Positions 20,520 through 34,148 of a DNA stretch of 64,000 nucleotides are shown here, in pieces. Source of the stretch: Bugula neritina (Eukaryota > Animalia > Bryozoa); contig OZ037767.1 in assembly GCA_964035545.1 (NCBI GenBank), positions 11,852,581 through 11,916,580 on the forward strand, in the 5' to 3' direction. Below the pieces are notes generated by a model that was given only the letters and a program-made list of their open reading frames with translations, had not been told where the DNA came from and did not search any database. The position numbers were made by a program, and so were the translations under genes. Position 1 is the stretch's first letter. Each line of letters starts with the position of its first letter.

Positions 20520-21990
20520 GGGGTCTAAACAAACCCCAGTCACTAAACTTTGTAAATAACATAAACTCTGTGTTCACAATTGTTTGTTTTTTGCTTATGT
20601 TTATTTTTTAACATTTAGAATATGTGCAAGTTCATTTCAGTTTTAGGTAATTCAGCTACAAAAGTGATCAAAATATCTGAAACTGTGCTTATGAACCCCT
20701 GTCTAGAATGAACAAGTACAGCAAGGGTTGGTTTTACAAAGTTCGCTTTTTGTCAATTATAACCACTTTAAAATAAGACTGTTTTTACGAGTTATATAAT
20801 ATCTTTGAGTCCCAAACAAACACCAGTCACCAAACCATATAAATAACATAAGCTCTGTGTTCTGAATTGTTTATTTTTTTGCCTATTTATGCTTAGCTTT
20901 TCAACATATAGACTATGCGAAACTTTATTTAAGTGTTAGCTATAAGCATCTTATAAACAGATAGCATAAACTAGTTCTTTTAACAATACATTTTCAAAAT
21001 ATGTTACATTGTATAATAGAACTAAACATATCACCACATCTAAGCAGACTTCTCAATATTATATCATGTTGCAATGTATACTAATGTAACATATCATATC
21101 TGAGCAGAAACCTACAAGTTTTTATACAATACTGCTGCTCACATACTAGTTGTTTAGTCAGCAAACAGTTGCCGATCAATTTTTTGATCAACGTCTTGCT
21201 GAGCTCTGTTAGTCAAGAAAGTGTAAATAAAAGCTCATCTTAGTCTTGAATTGAGGAGGGCTTCAACAACTGAATAATAAGTTTAAGACTAATGAGTGCA
21301 GTGTTTGCTAGCACATTAGTTTCTAAACTTTCCCCCCAAACTCTAGACCCTCACTTTTGATTCGCTGCACTCAGTGACCCCAAAAATTATGCTGCATCAA
21401 CCAATTTCTATTGAGGATAAACTTATTATCATATTGACACTATCTATAGTGTGCTAGAAGTTTAGCTGACTTAATCTTATTTGTTCTATATTCTGTAGAG
21501 TCAGCAATTAAGCTTATCACCATATAACATTATCTAACATCAATTTATGCCTTTGAGGATGTATTTGGAAGCTACTTTTCAAAAGCATTATATTTATTTC
21601 TGAACAATAAATATTGTTTTTATGAAATAGGACTGTTTTTGAGAAGCATATAATATTTACAGAACTTGACAAGTTCTGATATAACTATTTTCAAAGATTT
21701 TCAACCCATGTCTAAAATCAACAAGTACAGCAATTGGGGCTAGTTTTACAAACTTTACATTCTGTCAATTATAACTTGCACTTTAAAATAAGACTGTTCT
21801 TGTGAATTATATATATTTGGGTCCTAAACGGACCCCAGTCACTAAACCTTGTAAATAACATAAGCTCTGTTTAGAATTGTTTTTTTTGCTTATGCTTATT
21901 TTTTAGCATCTAGAATCTGTGCAACTTCATTTGAGTTTCAGGCAATTCAGTTACAAGAAATAGGCAAAATATCTAAAATTGTACTTATTT
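20520..21990. repeat. Three diverged copies of a ~290-bp unit (20520-20807, 20808-~20940 partial, ~21704-21990)
   Basis: Shared motifs (g)ggtc.aaac..accccagtcac.aaac, aacaagtacagcaa and ctttaaaataagactgtt. Confidence 0.75.
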
Positions 21991-22306
21991 TTAGGGGCAG
22001 CGTTTTCTAATTATGGCCTAATTAGAATAGAAAAACTGTTTATAATAGCCATTTATATGGTTAGAGTTTGTTATTTTAATTAATAATATTATAAAATCTA
22101 ACTAAAATGTTGTTTGCTATTATTAATTTTTAAAAGCATTCAAAAGATATTGTAATATGGGATCCAAATGAATCCAGTTCATAAGATTTGCATGTAAACT
22201 ATATCAGCTAACAAAAAGAAAACTCTTAAACAACTTAGTATTACATAATTTGTAGGTAAATTTTAATTTAAAGACAATTGCTTATAAAAAGAATATCTCT
22301 ACTCAC

Positions 22307-22367
22307 CAGCAATAGACATCGTGAAACTGATGGTCGTGTGAAATATTATCCCAATATTATATAAAAT
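22307..22367 (-). CDS. Probable upstream exon of the zinc-finger gene (ATG TCT ATT GCT G|gtgagt)
   Basis: Minus-strand cag acceptor and gtgagt donor; open frame ILYNIGIIFHTTISFTMSIA; its phase-1 end joins in frame to 11764 (MSIA-D-CDMMNE...). Confidence 0.5.
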
Positions 22368-23058
22368 CTGTGCCAATAAAAAGTGTTTTATTACTAAGCA
22401 AATTGAATATGTTTTTAATACAGAACAGTGCAGAAACAAATCAGAACTAAATATTATTAAATGTAAGCTATATACTCAAGTAGCTGTGTTATCATGGCTA
22501 TTTGACTGGCTAGTAGCAACTATAAACAAAGAATAGCCTTCAATTTAAACATATTAGTGAAATAAGAAAAAGTTGAGTAAAGAGATGTGTCAACTGACAG
22601 CTGAATTGACCTAAGCACTCAACATATGATTACGTATCTTAGAAACACAAAAAAAATATATTATCAAGTATCAAGTTCCAACATAAACAAATAAATTATA
22701 GTGAGATAATTTTAAAAGCGTTGGTGCTAAGAGTATGAGAGAAAATTATCAATATAATATATGATTAGCATAGAAGCAAAAATAAGGATATAGTATAGTA
22801 GGAGCATTGATTATGAAGTGCCAAGGTAAAGAAATAAATTACAACATCAATACATATAAGATTCATATTATTGAGGTTATGAGATCAGAGATTATATGCT
22901 ATAAAAGCGTGAAAGCATTTGTAAGCACATGAAGAATAAAAGTTAGACACTTTATTATTAGAGTGTGAGATGAGTTAATAATAGTAACTTGTTAACTACA
23001 ATAGTCATCTCATATCAGTCAAAACTAACTTATCGAATTGGTGTAAATTTGTCTAGAA

Positions 23059-23401
23059 CAGGGCTGTCCAACAGGCGGCTTCAGGGCCGGATGTGGCCCC
23101 CCAGATTACATTTATGTGGCCCTCGAAGGCATAAAAAAATTATTTTTCACACATATATGAATTAGAGTAGAAAACTATCTTTCAAATGTCTTACTTATAC
23201 ACATGCTAAAAACATGCAGCCTGCAGTAATTGTTGAGACTTTATTGTGTAATGATTCATAGTAATTTGGAATAAAGTTATTTGAAAATTACTGATGCTGT
23301 GGCCCCTAGCTCAAGCTAAATTTTACCATTTTACAATGTGGCCCTCGCCATGAAATATTCAATTTCAGTGGCCCTCGATCTGAAAAAGTTGGACACCCCT
23401 G
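23059..23401. mobile_element. Non-autonomous hAT (Charlie/Buster/SPIN-type) MITE, 343 bp
   Basis: TIRs CAGGGCTGTCCAAC / GTTGGACACCCCTG; perfect 8-bp TSD GTCTAGAA (23051-23058, 23402-23409); internal TGTGGCCC repeats. Confidence 0.93.
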
Positions 23402-24454
23402 GTCTAGAACATGATATTCTCTGATTTGTACTTGAATATTAACCAAATGTAGTCAACTGTAATATAATGCGTTCAAGTTGAGAATCAAATGTGTGTAGAT
23501 TTTTATAATTAATTTTGCCTAATGAAGCTTGAAATAAATAGGAGAATGTTGCTTGGGATAGAAAATCTTTCTATGATGCACATACAAATATGCCTATGTA
23601 ATATTTAGCCTAAATGTGTAATAATTAACATGTTCATACTTTGCAAGTTACCTGGTGGATTTTAAACTTACAGAAATACTTCTCTAAGCTGACTTGAGTA
23701 TACTACATAGTGTAATAATTTATAAGCTAGTCCAGTAAATGACAAAGTCTATTATAGAGAATTATTTTCTGGCAGCTACCTGGTTGATCTATGTCTCAGT
23801 TATTTACCTACTGTTGAGGTATTTCTACTTCAAAGAGAATAAAAGACTGTTTAGAGACGTAAATTACATGTCATGTTTTATATGTATAGACTGCTGGAAA
23901 AGCTTGCAAATTTTGCATTTCTTAGATTCAATTCTAAAAGAGCCTATTATCATTTGTTAGATCTGGCGAACCAATCCAAACAGAGGTATGCAAATGAATA
24001 AAATTTAGCTGCAAAATATATTGTTATCATATATGTCAATTTAGCACATGGCATAATTATTAAAGTAGTAAAAGTGACATAATGTAATGAATATCTAAAG
24101 TTTGTTGAGCTTTCAGCATTGACTTTAGCATATCATTTCATTAAAGGCCTGGCCACATGATCGTGAGAATCACACGAAATCGTCTATTTGACACGAAAAA
24201 CCATTCGTACCAGAAAATTTGAGGGAATCCAAACGAAACCGTCATCGTTGGGTGTACACAACGATGACGATGGACGAAAAATCACAATCGACGATAAGTA
24301 CCATTTGGTTGGTCAATATAATTTTAGCAGTAGTGATTATTTCATTTCTATTACGTTTCTCTATTTGGCAATTTTCTGCTGCTTGTATCTCGTGCAAGTC
24401 TTTTTCACGGACTAATAAAAATGACTTGTTGCCATCAAAGTGGTATATATTAGG

Positions 24455-24456
<2 letters not shown>

Positions 24457-24540
<84 letters not shown>
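24457..24540. repeat. (TA)n microsatellite
   Basis: Pure TA dinucleotide run. Confidence 0.98.
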
Positions 24541-24542
<2 letters not shown>

Positions 24543-25492
24543 TGTCAGCTATATGCCTATATATACCTGGTTACATACAGATGCTATATAGAGCTGGTAT
24601 TAATTATAACTGATGATGTTATATTTTCTTTACAACACATACTGGTTTAGAAAATCTTCAACTTTGAATCTATGCTGTTGCTTTGCATAAAATACAGTGC
24701 TTGAATACCTAATTTCACATGTTTATTCATATCATTTTATTGATTTTATGCAAAGTTTTAAATTTTAGCAATAACATGTTATGATGTTGGCTTTGACAAC
24801 TTCAACACATTTTCAGCCATTGATTGTGTAGTGTAGGCTATAGTTGGTCTAACATTATAGCCTAAAATTTTACCCGCATCTAACACTGTAGCATCTGACA
24901 GCATAGTGAACTTGTAAAACAAAGTTGCACAATGTTGTTTATTCTTTTATTAATACTTGTTTGCAAAGAACAAATTTTATACTACAATAAGGTTTTCATT
25001 TTGAAATATTACAACCAAGATAGTAAGTAGTAGGAGGATTCTTTAAGAGAAGCCCAATATTTTCTATCTGGTTTCCCTTTATTTACTAGCTAGATCTACT
25101 AAATCTATTAGCAAAACTTAAAAGAAAAGGCAATATGAAAAGTCTACTATAAGGCTTTTAAACAAGCGTAGGTTGATATAACAGCAACATAACATTCCGT
25201 TATTCCCAATACTTTGATATCTGTCAAATGCAATTTTATAAACTTATCTGTTGAAGCAGACAATTCTAGTATGTCTCATTAAGTTCTCTGCTAACTGTGA
25301 GAACATAGAAAACTTAACTAGCTCCTAAAGCTTGCAGTCATGTTGCTACACAAGCTGCAATTTGTAAATAAAGTAAAAACAATGGCTGACGACTTACATA
25401 ATTTGCAATTTATCCGTATACAAAAGTATGGCATGTAAACCAAGCTTTTTGCTCATTATATTATAAGCAAATTGTAATTAACAAGCAAACAA

Positions 25493-28400
25493 TCAAGCAA
25501 ATGTTACATTATCTCTATTCTTCTTAAACAACCACTTGTCATCTCCAAGTAAATCAGCAAGTCTTCTGTTGTAAGGCTCAAAAAACTCATCAAGAAACTG
25601 CAGAGTAGATTTTAAAATTGCATTCCTCTTTCCTGTATTACGTCTGTAATGGCTTTCTTTTTCAAAAGTTGAATTTGTTAATTTTACCTTAAAAAAATTG
25701 GATACTTCTTGCAGCGTAGATGCCTACAAAAATAATCATGAAAGTTTTTTGTTGGAAGTCATTATACATTAAATCAATTTATAAAAATGAGTATTTAGGT
25801 GATCTGTATTTTTATAATCTTACGCTTTGACAAAGCAATTTTGGTACAATTTTCTCAAATTATACTAATGATTCTGTCTTGCTCAACCTATGAAAACAAC
25901 GTATAGGTTGAGAGCTAGTGAACTTTCATCAGAGCAATTTTACTAGATGCTCTCCCTAATATACTAAATGACTCTGATAATGTTTCAGTCTGTACTAGTC
26001 TTCCAATTATAATATCGTTTAATACCTTAAGTTACTTGAAGTAGAATGTTTGATAAATAAAATCTAGCAAATTAAATATAATCCTGTAATAAAAATAATG
26101 TTGATAATTTTATGACTTTTTTAGAAATAATACAAAGCTCAATTAGGTATGCTAAAATAAACAAATCTAAAGTAGCAGGTTTTTTTAAGTTTTCTATTAA
26201 TGCTTTATGTGAAAAATACAATTTGATTTAAAATTCTTCAAAGTTTAACATTTGTATGGAAACTTGACAATTATGGAAATTGCACACAATAAAAGTTACA
26301 TATCTTCTGCAACTATAAAGTACATATAGTAAATGTAATTGTCTCCTCTATAAAATGCTTATATAGAGTGCTTATTACCTGATCTTCACTGTATTCACTG
26401 GTAGTTTTGATCATAATTTGCTCTCTGGGTATAAACTTGAATGTTTCTTTTATCATAATAACATAAATACTGTGTAGAAGTAACGACTGTAATATACGCA
26501 ATACATCATTCAAGTCAAAGTAGCAGCAGTTTGATCGTTTGAGCCTTACCATTACACTATAGGACAACAACAACAACAGAAACTGCACATTTCATGAAGT
26601 TTTAGTTGCGAATATTACTATCATTATAATAAATTGATTGATTCAATAATATAATAATAGCAAAACGCCCCAGCAGTTAAATTTTTTTTAGAAATTCTTA
26701 AATCATGCATAATATTATATATAGAAACATAACATTTTCCTACCTAAATTATAGAACATATTATTCCTTTACAAGCTGCTAGTGACAAATAGCCTACCTC
26801 CATCTTCCCATCTCTGGCATCTGACATATAAAAGCATCCCAGCTCTCCATATTTAGTGAGGCATTTGCTTAATCTGTAGTGGTTTTGCCTAATCACTCTG
26901 TCTACAAACTCATGATTCATTTCTTCAAAGGATGTGTTCTTAAACACCAAGCCCATAAAATGCCAGTGAAACAAATAAGAGATTGCTCTAAAACACAGAA
27001 AATAATACAAAATAGTCGATATCAAATATTTAAAATATATTTTAATCAATTTAGAAAAATAATGAAAGTTTCAATAATAATTTCAGTTATATAAAAGAAA
27101 TTGAGCCTAATATTTGATATAAATATTTTTGCAACTTGCATATCTCAACAATGCTTTTTTAAAGCATTAAGATAAATATAATTATTTTAATTAAATATAT
27201 CTATTTAATTAAAAGCTATTTTTAGTGTTATAAAGAAATTTATGTCAATATCTGTCAAAAGCAATATTTTATCAAACTGTTTGACTAAAGAATTAAGTTG
27301 CAACAAATCATATTACTTATTTTAAAGTATATAAAAATAGGCCATATTGGTGACAATAGAAAGCTATAGCCACATTTTAAATAGAAAACTTCTAAGAATG
27401 AACTAAAGAATACAATGCAGTGTTTTGTGGTGTAAATATCACCTGTCAGTAGGGTTTCTCAAAATAATGTAGAATCGAGTTAACGGTGTAGCCATAAATC
27501 CTAAGATCTGTGTAGTAGTTATTACTTCAACATGGGTATCGTTGGACCACAGTCTTTTATTGATAACAATATTTCCTGTTCAAAACAGCAAATAAAAATA
27601 TTATGAACATGCAGCACTAATAAAGCTACAAACATTATCCTTTACAGAAAATTCAATGTTCTATTGTAGCATTATTTTCATTTTCATATTTCATAACATA
27701 TAGTATTTGTATAAAGGAAGCCGTTATCATCTTTAGTTGGTCAATAATGAAAATAATTTAATGATCTTTTTTTAAATATCAATTATTTGTGTGTTATAAA
27801 GACTTGAGAAGCAGTTCGTCTTTCTAAACTGCCCTTGCAAGAGCACAAAATGAGCTTCTTGATTTATTGCATAGACTTAAATGCAAATATTATAGGTCCT
27901 ATTATCAATAGATTTAGTGATAGTAATCATACAAAAAATTTGTTAATTATATACAACATATAATATTATATGTATATATACATTATAATATTAGCTATTC
28001 CCATTTTACCAAGTCAGATTGAATCTTAGGCATTATTTTGGACGTAGTTGTGCTGCAGAAAAATGTACCCAAATATTGTATTTGTGCATGTATAAATACT
28101 TAAACTCTGATAATTACTTATAAGGCTATATATAATAGTATAACAATCAGAACAATAATAATATAAAGTAATATTACAGTATAATAATATTATACTAATG
28201 TAGTAGCACAACATTTAGTCTCAGAAAAGTTCTCTACCCACAAATTACTGCATCATAATTCTACTGTACATAGTATAGAGTTGATAGTATTACACAAATG
28301 TTATAGTTAATTCGTCAATATAGAATCTAATTAAGAACTAGAGCTTACCTAAGCTTTTAAAAACATACAAAATAACAAAAATGCTTGAGTTACTGTATTC

Positions 28401-30272
28401 TTCCCAAAAATGTTGTTAAATATGAGAGCATACCAGGTCCACTATTCATATAACTTCTATCAGTGGAACTCATTCTTCTTCTTTGCCAATCCGGATAATT
28501 CATTGGACAATGAGTATTTAGGTCAGGCCAATACCCCTGGAAGCAAACGCATAACAGTTACTATGCCACACTCACTTTTTGTAGCACTTTATTTCGATTT
28601 AGATATAAACAGTTTTTTGTGTGAAAGATGCAGACTAGTGCAATTATTAGCAAATTTTGAACCTATTGGTTTTTTGATCATTGTTTGACTTTGCTTTTAT
28701 GTCACTTTATATGCAGTATTAGATCATGTAGACTAGGCATGTCTTTTCTGAGAGCAACCTCTTAGTTTTGTGAAGTTTACCTGTTATACAGAATTTCTAT
28801 ATATTCTATGTCATTGTAGCTTTATACATTTTCCTAGAATGCCATAGCTGTGTGTGCCAGACATAAAAAGCTCAAAGTAACCCTTACCTGCTGAGTGAAC
28901 ACTACTTGGGGATGAGAGACAAACCACTTGGAGAAATCTGTAGTTGCACTTTTTCTCATTCCAATTAGATGTAAGTTTGGGAAGCAGTGTATGCTTGCCC
29001 TAAGGTGAAGAGATACAAAATTGACAGCTACACATGCGAGTATAAACAGATAATCCCAAAGAACATGTTTACAAAACATGATAGTAAAAATGTCAGATAT
29101 GACGATAGTTTTACATGCATTTATGAAAGTACTTTTGATTTGCAAAATCCTATTTAAATCAGATATTTTCTGGTAAACTTACAATTTTCTCTGAACATTC
29201 TGGTACATATCTGATGGATAACAAGGTAAGCTGGGCCGACATACTGCCCAACAATGAGCCTGGTACTCTCTCATGTAGCTAGGTTTTTCTTCTTCACATC
29301 CCGATAAATCTTTATACAGAATCTACCAAGGAAAATTTATATTTTTTATATCAAAGGTGCCATAATAATAGATTTTAGAGTTAAAAATTAGAAAGCAGTG
29401 AGAAATTGTTGCTGCCCTCTAATTTTTACAAGTTCTAATTGAAACAAAGCAGCTGCTACCCAGTTTCACACATCAAATAAAACAAAACTCTATACGAATT
29501 TAGGAAATAATATTAATATAAAATGATTTTATACATAGTAACTGGACTCATACAACAGTATGCTTGCAAGCTGCTATTGCTGCTGAAATGTATACCTTTG
29601 AAATTTTATTGTTTATATTTACTACTGGCTTGATATTAAATTAGCATGCATGGGTCCTTGCTATTTATCAAAATGAAAATAACAGTTTTACGGCATACAT
29701 TAGAAAATAGTTTTTTTAAATTTATTAAAGTAAACAGCTCTAACACCAGGCATGCAGCTTGATTATTGTGGCAAGCCGACTACTTTGTTATGTAAATATT
29801 AAATTTATTTAAAACTTTCAACTCTCTATATTTCAACACTGTTATATTTACAATCATCTAGCTTATATAATAAAAGTTTTCAACAAACAGAAATTTGCAC
29901 TAAAAGGTTATAAGCAATGTTGCAGTCAGAGTGCGTGCTATAACAACTTAACTAGTGTATTTTAAACTGCTATTGTAAAATTTTTCAGCCAGTTTTAAAT
30001 TGTGTAATAGTTTGTATCTGCCCCATAAACTAGCGAAAAATTATAGCTACCTGCAACTTCTGTCCGATTTTGGTTCTTCTATTCGTCTTTTTATGACTAA
30101 GTTGTAGTTTTTTCACTGGAAGATCGAGTTTATAGTCTTGTTGGGTGGTTATAAAGAGATGTGATGTCAGTATTGGTACCTCCAAGGTATAAGAACACAA
30201 CTGTATGAACACCAGTGTCATTCCCATAGTGCATATCATCAGGTAGACACAAAACTTCATCGAAACTCTCAT
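25493..30272 (-). CDS. Golgi type II membrane sulfotransferase, CHST15 (GalNAc4S-6ST)-like, divergent; 8 coding exons
   Basis: Approximate exons: 30272-30051 (N-terminal anchor MRVSMKFCVYLMICTMGMTLVFIQL), 29323-29183, 29000-28888 (CFPNLHLIGMRKSATTDF, 5'-PSB), 28516-28434, 27576-27443 (IILRNPTDR, 3'-PB), 26987-26797 (AISY), 26487-26380 (SIYVIMIKETFKFIPREQI), 25723-25493 (FLDEFFEPYNRRLADLLGDDKWLF). Phases are compatible. Confidence 0.8.
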
Positions 30273-31502
30273 TTTGAAGGCTTTTCTGCTAGCATGTCTT
30301 CTCTTTCCTAAATATTCAAATAGTTTGTTGAATTGTCAACAGTGGACTTTTTAAATTGCTAGAAGCAGTACCAAGTTGGGGCTGGCTTAGAGCAGAATTT
30401 ATATAAGCATTATTGATTGAACTCCAAACCTTCAACGGAAAACTCAAGACCCCTTGAACCAATGCACTCAGTCACCACCAACTCGGTGCTGCTTCTAACA
30501 ATTTATCAATAAAATAATTTCTACGAATTAAAAACTTGCTGAAACTTGCATAGCATTACAATAGAAGATTAGAATCAAAGGCTATCTAATCTAAATATAA
30601 AGAGTACATTCTTTACACAAACTATAAATTAGATTAAAACAAGCTGTAACTGAAGCTGACTTTGAATGGTGCATATTACTGTACACTGTACATGTATGTA
30701 AATGCATGTGCCCGTAAACACGCATATAATCTTACATGTACATACATGCACATGTACATAAATTTAAACACATGGGCAATTATACTGGTAAATACAAGCA
30801 CTGTATAGAACTACAGCTGTTCCTGACACTAATGTGTTGATATGCGAGAAAAAACTTTACATATTTGAGTTATGAACACATAATATTATAATGTATTGCG
30901 TGAAAATCATACCTACTTGCATATAACAACTTTAGTTATATAACTGTATAACATTATAAACTTGACAATCATTATAGAAACTGTGCAGATTCTTAGGAAG
31001 TACGGAGAGTGAAGGAAGACCTACCTGCTGGTTACCTGTTGTACACTGGCTTCCTCAATCATGCATCCTGTTTATACAATAGAGGAAATTCATAGTTTAA
31101 ATAAGATGACAATATGATGTTATTATAAATTTTATGCAGCTATTTTGCTAGGAAGCATATATATGAATAACAACTTGTTTCATAAGCTGTGTATATGACA
31201 ATAACTTTATGCTACAGTATAATATCTTATGTCTATGTATAGAAACAAACTGATAATGCATTACTGTATATATTGATTATTGGCATAGCTGTTTGATTAT
31301 ATATGCAGCAAAGAGCTCATATATGCCAATATTCAAGAAGTCAGATAACAAGACAAAACAATGAATATTTTTTTCAATAAGCACTTGTAATTGATTACCC
31401 ATAAGAAGTCAAAATATTTCAATGAAGTTGCTTAACCAGCTTCAGTGATTGACAAGAATATATTAATATGGCTGTGGACATGCTGCAGGCCAAGTTAATA
31501 GA

Positions 31503-31514
31503 ACACACACGCAC

Positions 31515-31579
<65 letters not shown>

Positions 31580-31647
31580 CGCACACACGCACACACGCAC
31601 ACACGCACACACGCGCACACGCGCACACGCGCACACACGCACACACA
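31503..31647. repeat. (CA)n/(CACG) compound microsatellite
   Basis: Direct observation. Confidence 0.97.
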
Positions 31648-32132
31648 GTATTATATATACCCTTCTCGTTACCTATGGAATTTTGGGAGAAGGGCAATTG
31701 GTCTCTTGCTTTGTGGTTTATGTATATGTAGATTAAATAGGGACAACAGTAGCTCAGTAAGATATGGAGAAAGAGCATTGCTATATATATAAAAACAATA
31801 ATAGTTACCTAATAATAATTATTATATTAGATGCCACTTGTCAACAACCACATTTGATTTTATTTATCTATTTAGTTTTCGTTTGCAGTTATGATACTTC
31901 ATAATATAAAACGCAATTTATATGGTGTGATATAGATGCCCAAAACAAATAATATTATTTATGATCATTATTTCAATAGCTGCACGGCCAATTTTAGGAT
32001 AGGAGTTATCGTTTCGCTAATTCTGACTACTTTTAGGCATTACTCTATTAACAGCTCCAATTTGAGTGTGATTAACTGCGATAGTTTATGGTTCTAGAGA
32101 TCGCGAATGAGGTTCAGCAAACTATTGCACAA

Positions 32133-32910
32133 TCACCGGCTTTCCATGTACCGATCTCAGATCGATCTCAGCGAGATCGATCTATGGAAAGATGCTAAAG
32201 ATCGATCTCCGTCGATCTGAGCTGGTCGGTCTGTGAAGCTCGAACTCAGATCGATCTCATGTCAATAAGACCATGGAAAGACGCCAGATCGATCTGAGAA
32301 GTAGAAAAAGACTGCGCGCTACAATGTTGTCTGCTAATAAAAATGATAACTTATTGATAATTACTAAGCAAAGTATTAGATAATTATGATAGCCACCTTT
32401 TCAGATGCCAAAACTTTGACTTTCAGTACAATGATTAAGAAAACTCAATTATATGCAGTAGAAGGTAAAAAAATGGGCGAATTTAGATTGAATTTAAATG
32501 ACTATTAAGACTTAGTTTCATTAGCTATTTTTTTTGTAATTTTAAGCCTAACAGTCCTGTAAGTTTATTGATAATCTGCAAGACAGCCATTAATTTTATA
32601 TAAGCTGTCAAGCTAAAAAATTAAAATTAATTATATTAAATTGGCCAAATTACCATACACTGAAAGCTTTGCTGCGTATAGTTTATAGCTGGGATTAAAT
32701 TTTAGACTACGAACATGTTGTTTTCGACAGTAGTAGCTTTAATCACTCAAAAGGGTGAACAAATTATACTTTTAAAGTATCCTTCACTTAAGAGGGGGCA
32801 ACTTCGCGAGATCGATCTGACACTCTCATGGAAAAACGATCGATCTGAGCACATTTCTCAGACCGATCTCAGCGAGATCGATCTGAGATCGGTACATGGA
32901 AAGCCCGTGA
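32133..32910. mobile_element. MITE / non-autonomous DNA transposon with ~37-bp TIRs and many GATCGATCT subterminal motifs; superfamily unresolved
   Basis: Left TCAC(C)GGCTTTCCATGTACCGATCTCAGATCGATCTC versus right-end reverse complement TCAC(G)GGCTTTCCATGTACCGATCTCAGATCGATCTC; AT-rich non-coding core. Confidence 0.88.
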
Positions 32911-33299
32911 AAGTCACCCCCGACTCAGAGCTGTTTATAAGAAACTTCCACCTCTAACCCTAGCCATGCACAAGAGCCTGTGTTCTTATCAAAAGAATCA
33001 AAGGCGGTGTTTCACATAATAATATTGTTTTAACAGTTTAACAGAACTCCTGCCCGAACAATTGTTACCCATCATGCAGGAATTTTAGCCCCAAGGTCAA
33101 AGTGCAACAATTTGCAAAACTCGCGTGCTACTGATACTCAGGGTTTATAACTTATGTTATTGCAGACTCAACAAATCTGACAATTTCAATTCACCGTATA
33201 TTTATACATCATTATTATAATTATTTTTTGTTCGCGATTATCAATTGCTATTATAATTAGGCATATTAATTAACACCAGATTTTCATTGTTCGGCCTTG

Positions 33300-34130
33300 C
33301 TATTTCGTATTTGCTATTACTATTAGTATTACTATTAGTATTACTATTAAATTTAGTTTTACTTTTACTTTTAGTTTTACTTATACTTTTCAGCAAGTTT
33401 TAGCAAAATCCTAAAACTTTGAGTTTAACTTTGTGATTTTGCCTCTGACCTTTGGCCTGGGCTTACTCTAACTCTTACTCTTAGCTAAGCCTAAAGAGAC
33501 CAACTGTCAAGTCCAATTGATATCTTGAAGTTGATGATAATAATAACCATAATGATAATGAAGTTATTTATCATTTAATATAATCAGAAAGATAAATAAA
33601 TAAATGAGTAACCACACCAAATTTGAACTACTCAATCACAACGTCAATGTGAAAGGAAAACTGAATGTCAATCACAACGTGCAATTATTGTCATCATTAT
33701 AATCTTGATTCTGATACTAATACTCTCTTACTGATAGTAGCCTATTAGTATTACTATTAGTATTAGTTGATACTCATACTAAATTAAAAATAATTACAAA
33801 AAACTGACCCTAAATGTATAACCACAAGTATAACATTTAGTGATTTACATCTTACTATACTTAGAATTAGAGCATTGACTGCAAAATAAAAGCTGTAAAC
33901 TAAAAGTAGCACTAAATTATATTGAGTTTAATATGATATTAACTATAATCACTTTGTGATCATATTAACAATACTAATCATAATGGTAATTGTAACACTA
34001 ATAATTGTAATACTAATGCGCTCAGTCATAGGGGTAGTGATTCTCACTATGACTATCAGTTTTGCTGTTAATCACAGTGTGAATGGCACTGATACTGATA
34101 GTTATAGCCATGATAATAATGTTACTCATA
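33300..34130. repeat. Low-complexity (TATTAC/TATTAG, TAA/TGA-rich) region
   Basis: Hexamer-periodic degenerate simple repeats, similar to 63220-63790. Confidence 0.65.
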
Positions 34131-34148
34131 TGCATGCTCTTACTGAAA

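Noticed and set aside
24143-24420. TTAAAGGCCTGGCCACATGATCG... CpG-rich stretch as a complete MITE
   Set aside because: Looks like one transposon end, but no matching opposite TIR or TSD was found; left unannotated
31419-31778. ORFs with (CV)n / (HT)n repeats; also the (IY)n ORF at 24219-24650
   Set aside because: Translations of microsatellites
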